A program made the translations under genes and the position numbers. Below, piece by piece: positions 42,264 through 57,997 of a DNA stretch of 64,000 nt; within the stretch, counting starts at the first letter, position 1; every line of letters starts with the position of its first letter. This DNA comes from Eledone cirrhosa. Its lineage: Eukaryota. Below the pieces are notes generated by a model that made no database searches, was not told the origin of the DNA, and was given only the letters and a program-made list of their open reading frames with translations. Where the stretch lies: the NCBI GenBank assembly GCA_964016885.1, contig OZ024747.1:78368001-78432000 (forward strand), read 5' to 3'.

Positions 42264-42339
42264 CTACGTCATGTATCTCTCTGAATATGTCATGATAGGT
42301 TTTTACTTTTCATTTTATGTCTGCGTTTCTTCACTCTAC

Positions 42340-42650
42340 CCCATACCCTCCCCCCTCTCTACCCCCACCTCACCACCCTTCCCCCACCCTAGGCCCACCC
42401 CTACCCCCGCCCTAGTCCCCACCATACCCCACCATACCCCCACCATATGCCCAACCCTAGGCCCCACTCTCCCCCGCCCTATCCCCGCTCTATCACCTCT
42501 ACCCCCACCCTACCCCCTTATACACCCACCCTACCCCATCATACCCCGCCCACCCCCATACCCACCCTACCCCATTCTACCCCATACCTACCCCCTTCTA
42601 CCTACACCATACACCCCTTTACCCTCACCCTACCTACCCCTACCCCCACC
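42340..42650. repeat. C-rich low-complexity tract (CCCTAC/CCATAC-like); G-quadruplex potential on minus strand
   Basis: dense C3-C6 runs. Confidence 0.7.
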
Positions 42651-42772
42651 TTATAGTATTATGTGTTTACTCATGTTTCTGGCTGCACACGCGTGATAGC
42701 AGGTGTGTCTCCATCTGTGAACAGTCTCTGCTTTCCTAGCATTTTTATGTACGTGTGTATGTATGTATGTAT

Positions 42773-43135
42773 GTCAACGGCCATCCAAAAGTGTGTAAAT
42801 ATGTATATACACATGTACCGCACAGTTAAACAACTGGGAGTGAAGGACCCCTAGCCTTTGTCAGGGCATTCTTCTAGGAGAAGCCAACTCAGGAAACTGG
42901 GATAACTCCGATATAAAACCTGCGGCTCAGTAGTTACCGATGATGTTGATCTTTTCGTCTTTTCGGGTTATAGCTACTGTCACTCAGAGAGTGGGACTGG
43001 CTCAGTGCACAGTCTTTCCTCACTTTAAAAAATATCTTCACGCACAGGAATTGCACGATAGAATTAATTAATAATTATTAATAATGGTATATCGTGCAAT
43101 GGCCATACTCGATAACGAGGGGGCAGCCATCATCA
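42773..43135 (+). mobile_element. copy of the SINE-like element at 3765-4295
   Basis: reverse-complement match; (ATGT)n-like tail. Confidence 0.8.
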
Positions 43136-43341
43136 TGTATGTATGTACGTGTATGTATGTATGTGTATGTATGTACGTGTGTGTATGTACGTGTGTGTAT
43201 GTGTAAATGTATGTGTATGTACGTGTGTGTATGTACGTGTGTGTATATATATGTGTGTATGTATGTGTGTGTGTATGTTACCAAATTAATATTAAGTCAT
43301 ATATGTTAGAATTAGCAATAAATAGATAAATAAATGATGGC

Positions 43342-43553
43342 TTTTAATTTTGTCACAAGTTCAGCAATTTAAAGGGAGAGTCGACTATTATATCTACTCC
43401 AGTATTTGACAGGTACTTTATTTTATCGACCCCGGAAGAATGAAAGGTAAAGTTGACCGCAGTGGGATTTGAGCTTAGAACGTAAAGAACCAAATCAAAT
43501 ACTCTTAAGCATTTGTCACCCTACCTACGCCCTAGCGACTCTGCCATTCCACC
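43342..43553 (-). mobile_element. diverged tRNA-derived SINE
   Basis: TTTTATCGACCCCGGAAGAATGAAAGG core; GGGATTTGAGCT B-box-like. Confidence 0.7.
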
Positions 43554-44019
43554 AATAATCAAATTACTCAATACGCTAGAGATATAGTTATGGGATATAC
43601 ATATCTTAAAGAATTGTTATAATAAATTCAAACATTTATTTTGCCTTTCATCCTTCCGGGTCGATAAAATAAAGTACCAGTTAAACACTGGGGTTGATTT
43701 AATCAACTTGGCTCCTCCCTCCAAATTTACTGGTTTTGTGTCTAAATTAGAAATCAATAAATTAAGAAACGTGAAGTTGGAATCTTTAACAGAATGAAAC
43801 ATGTTCAAGTTTTAGGCGTTTAACGACTTGAAACTTAGTTTTATCAACTTCAACTCAAATGTCTTAGAATGGTATTCCCAAAGAATGGAATAATTGTTTC
43901 TAGTATCTCAATAGATAACCACTTAGTTTTGAGTCCATAGAAAATTTTAATAGTTTTCTTCATCATTATTTGACAGGTATACGTTTTTTGTAAGCTACCT
44001 GTCTCATGATGTGAGAGAA

Positions 44020-44565
44020 AAAAGATTTACGTATTTTTGATAGAAATATCTGCCAAAGATCTTGATAGACGATCAACAAAAGACGAGCCTCTGCCAGCTG
44101 AAGTGACATAAACATCTAATTAAAATACCTAAAGAAATTTCAGCTTGATACTTTTTTTATATATACCTTTGTTAATTCAAACTACGTTACTCGCAATACT
44201 TTTATTAATAATTAGAGTTTTTTTTTTTACATATATTTTCTACTAATTAATTCTGATTTTTAAAGCTTCTAAAATGCTGTCGTATCATATTTATCATGTT
44301 TATCTTATTCTACCAAACCAAGGTATGTAAAGATAACTCTATTATATGTTTTACTAAAATATATTATAACCACCCAAAGAATTTTCTGGAGAGTGATAAA
44401 ATGTCCGTCTCGTATACCACTTCAAAATCAAGTCATCTTCAAAATAGTCATTGATCACTGGTTTTATCAGGTCTGAAGACTTCGTACGATGGATTCTTAA
44501 TTTGGAAGCAATTTTATTATCATTAATATTATTTTTACATATTTTTACTAAATGATTGCAGTTCT
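44020..44565 (-). pseudogene. decayed hAT-like transposase fragment
   Basis: CNHLVKICK...DNKIASKLRIHRTKSSDLIKPVI resembles the DSKIA..L.RTK..II..V block of hAT-type transposases; downstream ADISIK resembles DESTDIS. Confidence 0.45.
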
Positions 44566-44750
44566 GGATTGGCAGTATCGATAGAGGGTCGGACGCCATA
44601 CTTTGCAGCAAAGAGTTACGGCCCTTTATGATCTGAGTTCAAATCCCGCCGAGGTTAACTGTGCCTTTCATCCTTACGGGGTCGATAAAATAAAGTACCA
44701 GTAATACATTGAGATAATTGCTGGCCTTGTGCCAAAAGTAGAAACAATTA
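44566..44750 (+). mobile_element. tRNA-derived SINE
   Basis: family consensus match. Confidence 0.88.
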
Positions 44751-45994
44751 TTTCTTAATGGCAGCTCATAAACACGTCAGTGCATCCCTGAATTTAGGCT
44801 CAATATATTCAAGCCATTCCACTATTTTAACAAGAATGGCACTAATATGCCTAATATGGTTTGTATTTATATCATACTTCAACATTTGCAATGAATCAAA
44901 CCTGCATTAGTTTCATTTGTTGCAATAAACTATTTTTCAAAAAATCTATTTTTCAATTTCTCATTTTCAAATTTTTGTTTATATAGTTTTTGTATCGGTA
45001 TTTTGGGAGTTACAAAATGTAGTAGATTTTAAAAAATTGTACTTCAGTGAGGCCCAGAGTCAAAGATCACCCCCTTCCCCCTACTCATTCTTCCGTGACA
45101 CGCGTTCTTTATTTTAAAAATATTTTCTTATTTTACATTCCATTCTTTCTTCTCAATCTAAATTTTTTTCCTTTCTTTTTCTATTAAATTGTTTTTACTA
45201 GGATGTAAATAAAACTTTACTAATAATAAAAAAAATAATAATAATTAAAATCAGGTTGGTATTTAGTGGTTTTTCCCAACACCTAAAGGGAATGAAGCAA
45301 CTTCCTGTTTACAGTTTTAAAAATGGGAAATTAGAAAAACTGAAAGATCAAAAATTGAAAGCGAAGAATTGTTTTTTTTTTTACATGTAATACTTTTAAA
45401 GTATTATATATATTTAAAACTAGACAAATGATAAAACACTTATTGGCCCTCCTCCAATTTAAAATAAGTGAAAACGATATATATTAAAAATATATATCAT
45501 TTCGTATGTGGAAACATTTGCAAAATCGCTTTCTGAATTCAAATCCCGCCGATCAGGGCTGATAAAGAAAGGACCAGTCCAGTACTAGTGTAGCCCTCTT
45601 TCCTTCCTACTGTGACATGGTGGACGTTCTGCTGAATCAAATGAGTGAGGATTGAGAGGGTGTGTGTGCGACTGTATGGGCACTTGAACCCCTTAGTGAG
45701 AGTATCGTACATACTACCAAGTGATACTCGATTGAAAATGACGGCTGTAGTTTTAGGTTTTTTATCTTACTGTGTGTTATGTATGTAACCGTGTTCTCTG
45801 ACTGTCATCCTCCATCGTTCTTCCACTCATTCTCTCACTCTTAGATACACATCCATACACACACACAGACACTCTTAAATCATAAATGAAAGTGAACACA
45901 TTTAGAGAAAGACAGATATATTCATATAGATTTGGTAATGCTTCTCTGTGCATATGTAGTGTCATAATGTTATGTAGTATATACGTTAGTATTT

Positions 45995-46119
<125 letters not shown>

Positions 46120-47491
46120 AACAGAGAACCGGTACAGCATAGTTGTAAATAAATCTGCACCCAGGAGTCATATATAATATATTTGATAAACATATATCTA
46201 GTCTCAGCTGGGAAACAGACCCTGTGGATAGCAGATTAGTTCCTTCTTTCATTAAAAACCCATCAGGGATCGCTTACCTCGCCATTCAACTGACAAAGCT
46301 TCTTACAGAAATTGTAAACACATTATGACAAGCATAACAAACTTTACATAATTAATAACTATAGTAACAAAACAGCCTGATTATGTATAAATATTTACAT
46401 GGAAATAATATATAATATGACACCGAGAGTTAAGAAGGATTGAACCGAGCTATATTGTCTTTAATTAAAGACTCATCCTGTTCATTCCTTGATTATTTAT
46501 CAAAATTAGTTTAGAGGAACTATAAGAAGCTGTAAATTCCGACAAATGGAAGAAAAGGTCGGGATTCTTAATGAGTCTTTAATGAAAGATGAAACTTCTT
46601 AATTTTATCCTAATTTCATAATATTTCATAATACCATATCATGTCTGTCTGACGACCGATCCAGACGTATATTATTATTGTCTGGAATCCAGAAACCTTT
46701 GGTAATGGAGTAGTTATATTTTGTGTTGTTCACTTCCTAATTAAATAGCACTGTTCTATACATAGAGCACTCTTTTTTCCTTTGCTTTTCCTTCGGAATT
46801 ACGTAACACACCATATATATATATAATATATATAAAATAAGTAAGGTCAGAAGAGTAGCTTAATGGTAAAAAATTCGAACCAGGTAGAAAACAACTACAT
46901 ATAAGGAAATTTCCTCGTTGTTCTTTGAACCATCACATAAACCCCCCCCCCCCCAATTGTTGACAACTCACACATTCCAGCGAGAAAGACGATGTCTTTA
47001 TTCGTGTTAACAAATAGAAAATAGAGTCAACTGTGTTTACCAGTGTCGCCTGACTTGTTGGTGCTGACCTCTGGTGGATACTTTCTGTGTAGAAAATGTG
47101 GCGGAAATCAACAGTCAACGCCATTGTTTTAAAGATTATTTTTTTTCTTCTTTTATCCTTGTTTCTGTTTATCATCCTATCCTCCCCCCACCCCCCACCT
47201 GACCAAATTGTACACCTTACTTTGACACTTCCAACTGACTTTCATGTCTCTGTGTGTATATATATATATATATTTGTGTGTGCATATGTGTGTCTGTGTG
47301 TGTGCGTGTACATGTGAATGTGTGTATATTTGTGTGTGTGCGTATGAGTGTGTCAGTGTATATATATTTGTGTGTGTGTATGTGTGTATGTGTATGTATG
47401 TGTGTGTGCATTTGTGTTTGTATGGTGTCACAGTGTAAGTGTGCGAATCTGTATGTTTGTATGCTTCTAAGTCTATTGTACCTGTACCTAT

Positions 47492-47586
<95 letters not shown>

Positions 47587-47722
47587 TACGTGCGTATTTG
47601 TGTGCCTACTTATTTCTATATAAATATATATAAGTCTGTGTGTGCTGCTGAGTGAATGTGTATGTTCGTATATGTGTGTGTTTTAATGTAAGTCAATGTT
47701 TTAGTGACTACAATATGTAATG

Positions 47723-48070
47723 GACGCAGCTTGGCTGAATGGTTAAAGTTCGATTGGCAATCAATAGGTCTCGGGTTTGATCTCGCTTCATGACATCTTG
47801 GTCAAGTGTCATTTATTATAGTCTCGTTGTCGAATCATAGATTGTGAGTGAAATTGGGTAGACGGAAACTGTTTGGAAGCCCGTCAGATGAACTGTACAT
47901 GCAGTTCAAATGGTCAACCATGTCACGCACCATGCCACACCGAATCTCCCTAAGAATTCCGTTAAAGGTATACATGTCAGTGAAATTCTCAGCCATTTAC
48001 ACGTCAATTTCATGAGCTTGCTGTTCCAGAGATCGAACAACTGGAACACTCATCGTCGAAACCAACGGAA
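47723..48070 (+). mobile_element. second tRNA-derived SINE family (related copies 59195-59535 and ~6205-6450)
   Basis: A-box-like TGGCTGAATGG, B-box-like GGTTTGATCT, CTTGGTCAAGTGTC and GGTAGACGGAAACTG..GGAAGCCCGTC core. Confidence 0.65.
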
Positions 48071-48470
48071 GGATTAACATCTTAAAATTATTGATTTTTG
48101 TTAACAGCCATTCTAACAGCTACAACCATGTTTTGGTTTTATTAAACCTTTCTATCGTTTCAGTCATCTCGAGCCTGAGTGTGCCGGATAATCTTGTCTT
48201 TATTAGACAAAATGTTTCACCTTTGATCAAGTCTTCTGCACCAGGACAGACTAAACAATAACAACAACAATACAGACAATTGTTTGACCTTCCGTAATCA
48301 GTGATATCCTCTAACGAGTTATATTTACCTAATGTCTTGTAGAATGAAAGTTTGGTACACTAACAGGAATGGTCACGACTGGGACATCTTTTATCATAGA
48401 TCAACTCTATCAGATTTAACCCAACTTTAAACAATTGAATGCATTATGTTGATAATGTCTCTCTTTATAA

Positions 48471-48710
48471 TAATTGTTTCTACTTCTGGCACAAGGCCAG
48501 CAATTATCTCAGTGTATTACTGGTACTTCATTTTATCGATTCCGTAAGGATGAAAGTCAAAGTTAACCTCGGTGGGATTTGAACTCAGACCGTAAAGGAC
48601 CGTAACTTTATGCCGCAAAGCATGGCGTCCGACCCCCTACTGATACTGCCAATAATAATTGTTTCTACTTTTGGTACAAGGTCAGCAATTATCCCAGTGT
48701 ATTACTGGTA
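48471..48710 (-). mobile_element. tRNA-derived SINE plus adjacent partial 3' copy
   Basis: reverse complement of family consensus. Confidence 0.85.
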
Positions 48711-49400
48711 CATACAATCATTCTATTTAAAGTTTTCTAACCCATCCCAGTATCTAGCTAAGATCTGAGGAATCGGCGGTGAGAAAGGAGAGACGATAGT
48801 CTCTAGTATTACTGTTACCTGGCGTATACCTTACTTCATTATCTTATAGGAAGCTATTAAAAGTGACTCCGCCTTTGTAGAAATGAGGTACATATATACA
48901 GACTTAATATCAGGTTGAAGCATAATCTGGGGGAACAGGTAGAGTTAGAGGTAAGTAGAGAGGATAGAGGGAGGTGCTGCTTGTGGAGATATAAGCATGG
49001 CCTGCTTTATTTATCTATTTATTTGAATTTATTTATTTGTTTATTTATAGATGTCAGCTTATCTCAAGAAATGAGTTGTTCGGGTGAGGTCCATTCACGG
49101 TTTAACGCTGTGTATGTACGCGTGTACCTGTGTGTGAGTATGGATGAGGTGATGTCGGTGGGGGTATCGAATTAGTCAGCTAGTTAGCACGGTACCGTAG
49201 ATAACAAATAAGCCCTTAAACCTTTCCAGAGCTATACATACATATACTAGAGTGACTAATGCTTGATGAACTCACCAGGTATTACGCACAAAATATCATG
49301 CGTCCAGGTTGGAAATCAACCGGATAAAACAACGTTACACACACACACACAGGCACAGACACACAGACACACACACACGCACAGACACACACACACGCAC

Positions 49401-49443
<43 letters not shown>

Positions 49444-49872
49444 GACAAACACACAGACACACACACAGACATACACACAGACAGAGAGGCAGACAGACAG
49501 ACACACGCACACACACACAGACACACAGACACACGCACATACACATACACACACACATCCAAGATCACGTGATAACCACTTAGTGATATATTCGTTATGA
49601 GAAGTGGCAATTTGAGAATGTATAAGCTGTGGTATCTTCCTCCCTACCTCTCTTTGTCCCACACCCTTAACAACGCATATTCACCCTCTGTGCTATGGCA
49701 ACGGCTATTTATAGCTCCAGAGCTTTCCTCATGATTTCTTTCGAATGAAACAGTTCTAGTCGCGTAAAAGACATTTCTAGATTAAATTTTATGTTAACAC
49801 TACTAATGTATTAAATACCTTACTTACCGTCGTGAACCCCCGATTGAACCCGGGACGCACACACATACACGC

Positions 49873-52000
<2,128 letters not shown>

Positions 52001-52170
52001 ATATATATATATATATATATATATAAGGAAAAAAGATGAAATCGAAAATGCAACTGGAGTCTTTTTAAGAATATTTATTTGGTTCCTTTACCGGTTTCAC
52101 AGTTCTTATGCTTTTCAAAAGTAGAATTGAGATGGAGGGTTTGTGGTTTTTCTCAATAAAACTCACCTCC

Positions 52171-52261
<91 letters not shown>

Positions 52262-52387
52262 AGTTTTATTGTAGTACAATAAAGCAATGCAGATATCTGA
52301 TGAAAACACAAATATTATTGCATGATGATATTTGTTTTTGAAATGCGCATAATAAAATACATGGAACTCATTTAACCATCTTTTGAT

Positions 52388-52449
<62 letters not shown>

Positions 52450-52470
52450 TATACATATACATATACATAT

Positions 52471-52520
<50 letters not shown>

Positions 52521-52589
52521 TTACATATACATATATATATACATATACATATATATATATACATATACATATACATATATATATATATA

Positions 52590-52622
<33 letters not shown>

Positions 52623-52667
52623 ACATATACATATATATATATATATAATATATATAATATATATAAT

Positions 52668-52698
<31 letters not shown>

Positions 52699-52703
52699 CA
52701 TAT

Positions 52704-52768
<65 letters not shown>

Positions 52769-52769
52769 C

Positions 52770-52934
52770 ATTACTCCAGTATACTCAGCTGAAAATGAGT
52801 ACCTGCAATAGCTGAGGGTTTAACCCTTTGATGGCCTGGGGTCCTGTCCAGGGGGGCGTCTTGTACTCTCAGTCGCTTCACGCCATGACACCGGGATAAG
52901 CACCGGCCAAATGAGCCTTCTGGTTTAAGACAGG

Positions 52935-52935
<1 letters not shown>
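52770..52935 (+). mobile_element. SINE body fragment (V/Meta-domain-like)
   Basis: AACCCTTTGATGGCCTGG..TCCTGTCCAGGGGGG...AGTCGCTTCA...ACCGGGATAAGC. Confidence 0.4.
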
Positions 52936-53009
<74 letters not shown>

Positions 53010-53134
53010 GGAGGTGAGTTTTATTGTAGTACAATAAAGCAATGCAGATATCGGATAAGAAGCACTCTACAGTTTGTAGGACTGGAGTATACATAATATA
53101 TAAGAACAAAAGATGGTTAAAAGAGTTCCATGTA

Positions 53135-53201
53135 TTTTATTATGCGCATTTCAAAAACAAATATCATCATGCAATAATATTTGTGTTTTCATCAGATAAA
53201 A
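53135..53201 (-). ncRNA. type I hammerhead ribozyme (second copy 52294-52354, plus strand)
   Basis: ttttat-CTGATGA-aaacACAAATATtattgcatgatgATATTTGTtttt-GAAA-tgcgca-TA-ataaaa; palindromic stem III ATGCGCAT. Confidence 0.78.
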
Positions 53202-53568
53202 CAGGAAGACATGATATGAAGGTTAAAAAACACTTGTGGATAGTGCAGTTTTAAATCAACATATGAAAAGTAGTTTTAGATTGATGTGTGATATTGGGAA
53301 AAATATTTTATTTTGAGGGGGTGGGGGTGGAAAGGATGAAAAAGAGGAGGAGATGAGAGTAAAAAGTGGAGAGGGAGGAGTATAATGAGGAAGGATGAGA
53401 TAGGAGGAGAGATGGGTGATAGAGAGAGAGAGATAGCTTTTATAACTGAGAAAGATATATTGTTTTACATAGAGAGGTTGAAAACCGTTGGAAGATAATG
53501 TATAAATTAAAAGAATTTGAAAATTAACGAAGAGAAAAATAATGTAAAGTTAAGGTTTGTATATTGAG

Positions 53569-53737
53569 GGGTTTAATTAATATGTGCGATGAAAAGAAAA
53601 TGTTAATATGTATTAAGAATAATATTTAAGGGTTTAATAACATGTGCGATGGAAAAGAAAAAGTTAATATGTATTAAGAATAATATTTAAGGGTTTAATA
53701 ATATGTGCGATGGAAAGAAAATGTTGATATGTATTAT
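53569..53737. repeat. ~61-bp tandem repeat x3
   Basis: GGGTTTAATAATATGTGCGATGGAAAAGAAAATGTTAATATGTATT... Confidence 0.85.
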
Positions 53738-54496
53738 TAAAAAGAACAATATGTAATTTAAGTAAGGATATATTGTGAGATGAGCATGAATGAGTTAGAT
53801 GAAAGGGAGAAAAAAATAATGAATTGAGGATGAATAATCTAACGTCAAAAAAATGTTTGTTTACGAAGGATTTTTACAAGGTGATATAGGGTAAGAATGT
53901 ATTGTATTATGTAATAATTGATTCTATGTTAGGTAACAGTGAGAAAAGGTACAGATTAGGGGTTAGACATTAAAAGAAAAAGAGAAGAAAGGGAAGTGAT
54001 AAATAGGAGCGAGTATATATATATATATATATAAATAGGAGTGAGTAACAAGTATTATAGAATGTATAATAACTTTTGAAATAAGGTAGAAAAGATGGGT
54101 ATATTTTTAAAGAAGTGTATATATATATATGTGTGCCTTTGAGAAAAAGATTCTAAATTGATAAAGAATATTAGCTGTATACTTTGTGGAATGTTTTGTG
54201 GAATTTATGCAAGCAGATAGAAAACAAGTCAGTGCGTCTATTTATTTAATAAATATTTATTTAATAATAAGAATGCAAAGGTAAGCATGTAGGACTGAAG
54301 CCGGATCAATGTCTAAATGTGAACTAAAATAAACAGGTGTTGCCAAGAAAGAAGAGGCTCCAATGAAAAATACTCTGGAACATTTCCTATAAATTTCCAA
54401 CATCAACCGAGTCAGGTTAATAATAATCAACGGGAATCTTTTAAAAGATTGCTATTACAGGGTGGTCGCGGCTGATAGTAACAGTGGCTGAGTGTG

Positions 54497-54535
<39 letters not shown>

Positions 54536-54595
54536 TATGAAGAGAGAAGAAACATTTAGATATAATTAGTAATAAAATGTATCATACCTAAACTG

Positions 54596-54640
<45 letters not shown>

Positions 54641-54641
<1 letters not shown>

Positions 54642-55070
54642 CATAAATCATGTCCTTAGAATTATTAGATAAAATATATACCATTTCCTCTCCCAATTAG
54701 CATAATTAACCATATAAAAAATCAATTAGACCAAGCTATAAGAATAAAGGCTCCTATGAAGAAATTTCCGACAAATAACCGAAAGCGGCCTCTTCGCGGT
54801 GGCCCCGATAGAGTATTTATCCAACATTTCAACATTTCGGGGCCACCCGCGAAGAGGCCGCTTTCGGTTATTTGTCGGAAATTTCTTCATAGGAGCCTTT
54901 ATTCTTATAGCCTCGTCTAATTGATTTTTTATATGGTTAATTATGCTAATTGGGAGAGGAAATGGTATATATTTTATCTAATAATTCTAAGGACATGATT
55001 TATGATATATTGCTCTGATTATTTAATTTATTAAATCTTCATTGAGCCACAACGTGACCGGTTGCAAAAC
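54641..55070 (+). mobile_element. fold-back insert, ~167-bp arms, 28-nt spacer, ~60-nt tail
   Basis: 54641-54808 inverted at 54837-55005; (TA)n flank; tail ends GCAAAAC. Confidence 0.8.
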
Positions 55071-55101
55071 ATATATCTATGACTTTATGTATATGTAAAT
55101 C

Positions 55102-55212
<111 letters not shown>

Positions 55213-55245
55213 CAGTGTTATACATATACATATAAACATATATAG

Positions 55246-55430
55246 TCGATCGACTTTCGTCAAATCGGACCGAGGAAACGATGTTTCCGTTCGTCTTTCT
55301 AATTGCTTATACTCTCTATCGGTCACAACTCCAGGTAGAAGGAATAACGTGAAATAAAGTGTCTTGCTCAAGGACATACCGCATCGTCTGGTCCAGGAAT
55401 CGAACTTACAATCCAATTCTCTTACCGCTC
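55246..55430 (-). mobile_element. third SINE family (second copy 56990-57200)
   Basis: shared CGACTTTCGTCAAATCGGACCGAGG...AAATAAAGTGTCTTGCTCAAGGACA...CCAGGAATCGAACT; B-box-like on minus strand. Confidence 0.75.
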
Positions 55431-55440
55431 AGACATACAT

Positions 55441-55626
55441 ATATAGGGTGTCTCCAAAAAATGTATACACACTTCAACATACACACATATATATATATAG
55501 GGTGTCTCCAAAAAATGTATACACACTTCAACATACACACACATATATATATAGGGTGTCTCCAAAAAATGTATACACGCTTCAATAGCATTTTAATCAA
55601 ATTGTGTATACATTTTTGGGGACACA
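55441..55626. mobile_element. miniature Tc1/mariner-like MITE with triplicated left end
   Basis: TATAGGGTGTCTCCAAAAAATGTATACAC x3, then inverted GTGTATACATTTTTGGGGACAC. Confidence 0.55.
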
Positions 55627-55952
55627 TACATATGTGAAAAGTCAACAATATGTGAAACACAATAGATATTAACAATATAATATAATTATATTATATATAT
55701 ATATTAGTTTAACATTTGATATAGGAAAAGAGACTTAACATGTCGGACGTTAGTCGTTCGTCAGATGATAGAAAGAGAAATAACAGAAGAAATAGAAGGG
55801 TAAGTGGGAATAAGAAAAGGAAGAAACAGAGAAAATAATTGCACCGGAAGAAAGCAGGTTTAGTTTAGTCAGCTTTATATAGATATTAGGATTTATTTCA
55901 ACACGCTGACGCCTGTGTGTGTATGTGTGTGTGTGTGTGTATGTGTGTGTGT

Positions 55953-56036
<84 letters not shown>

Positions 56037-56806
56037 ATACAATTATATGTATGAATATATAAATATAAACGCGCAAACACATACACACTTACAAAAATAC
56101 ACACACAGGCATACATTCACACAAACATGCACATACATTCACACAAACACATACACACATACACAGCATAACAAATGGAACGCCAGCCACTATTTTGCTA
56201 TAGTTTGGTCACCATCCCCTTCCTTCCTTTTATACACACATACATTCACGCAGGCAGCAGACGTAAAGAGAGGGGAGTAGTATGAGGTAGACAAACTACT
56301 CCTCCTCTCTCTTTACATGTGACAGAACCCCAGAAATTTATATAGATGTATATATATATATATATGTGTGTGTGTTTGTGGGTGCGTGTGTGTGAATGAA
56401 CAGAGTAGATTTCTACTACACACAACTTGCATGATTTATAATTTGTTTATTAGGAATCCCTGTATTACTGTTCAGAGTATCACACCACGTGCGCTCAATC
56501 AAACCTTACCTAACTCCTTTACTTTCCTTCTTCACTTTAACTCCTTATCTATTACGATATAAGTTTCCCAAGATAAACCACATCTAGTACGATATAATGC
56601 GGTAATAAACGTACACACATACACTCTCATACACATGCATATATAGGTAGACGCGCTCCATCATCCACTTTTCTTAAAAATAAATCATAAACAAAATGCC
56701 AGCACCAGCAGTTTTGCAAGAGATGTCAATATGGATGGGCATATCTAAAGACATTTTTTCCAATTCCAACCCGCCAGTCCCCTCAATCTATCTTATTTCC
56801 ATTCTT

Positions 56807-56842
56807 TCTTCTGATGAAGGACTAGCGTCCGAAATGTTAAGA
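56807..56842 (+). ncRNA. minimal type I hammerhead ribozyme motif
   Basis: tctt-CTGATGA-aGGACtagcGTCC-GAAA-tg-TT-aaga. Confidence 0.72.
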
Positions 56843-56943
56843 CCCTCTTCCTGCTATATCAAGCGTTAACCTAATATATTCCTTCCATATACTGTACCGA
56901 TTTTGTTGTTATTTCTGTTTACCTTTTATATACATATATAAAT

Positions 56944-56986
<43 letters not shown>

Positions 56987-57226
56987 AAGGAACGACTTTC
57001 GTCAAATCGGACCGAGGGAACAATGTTTCCGTTGGTCTTTCCAATTGCTAATACTATCTATCGGTCGCAACTCTAGGTAGAAGGAGCAGCGTGAAATAAA
57101 GTGTCTTGCTCAAGGACATAATGCATCACCTGGTCCAGGAATCGAACTCACAACCTTACGATTGTGAATCCAATTCTCTAACCACTCAGCCACACGCCTT
57201 CACACACATATATATATATATATATA

Positions 57227-57433
57227 TAGGCTTAAAAATGGAATGAGAGTAAGAAAAAAGCAAGAAGGGGGGGGGGTCCTCGTCAGTTGTCTCCTGGGAG
57301 TTAAAGCGTTGAAATATCCGAGACCCCCAGGAGACAACTGACGAGGAACCCCCCCCCCCGTTCTTGCTTTTTTCTTACTCTTATTCTATTTTAAGCCTAA
57401 CTTAACTAGCAACTACACACCCACCATATTCTC
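57227..57433 (+). mobile_element. fold-back insert, ~72-bp arms, 27-nt spacer, ~35-nt tail
   Basis: 57227-57298 inverted at 57326-57399; CTGACGA at 57338; (TA)n/(CA)n flanks. Confidence 0.7.
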
Positions 57434-57513
<80 letters not shown>

Positions 57514-57784
57514 ATATATATGTATGAAGGCTGATGGCAACTTCTTTTTCCGTCTTTAAGGGTCTTCACTCTGTTTTATAAACTATTGACGTGTATAACA
57601 TTAAGATATAAATGTCATCTGAAGATATTAATCCTCTATTCTATGTGGATGAAAGATGAAGGAGTTGGCTTTACTTTATTTTAAAACCTGTAAGTAACGA
57701 GTTCTATTATTTTAGGAACACAACCCCCAGGAGAAACATGGGTTTCCGTGCAGTAAATAAGAAATGTTATTATAAGTTATCAAG

Positions 57785-57997
57785 GTTGGTAGAATCGTTA
57801 ATGTGTCGAATGAAATACATTGCAGTGTTTCGTTACACACCTCTACATTTTGGTTTCAAATCCTGTCGAGGTCAACTTGACCTTTCATCCTTCCGTGGTC
57901 GATAAAATAAAGAACCAGTAAGTAGTGAGGTTGGTAAAATCAACTTCCCACCCAGGTCCTCCGAATTGTTGGCCATGTGCTTAAATTAGAAACCATT
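57785..57997 (+). mobile_element. diverged tRNA-derived SINE
   Basis: TTCAAATCCTGTCGAGGTCAACTTGACCTTTCATCCTTCCGTGGTCGATAAAA. Confidence 0.75.

Noticed and set aside
42340-42650. Interstitial telomeric repeat
   Set aside because: No true (CCCTAA)n units, only C-rich low complexity.
49689-49702. RFX X-box-like TGTGCTATGGCAAC and nearby CACGTG
   Set aside because: Partial match with no linked gene or start site; chance cannot be excluded.
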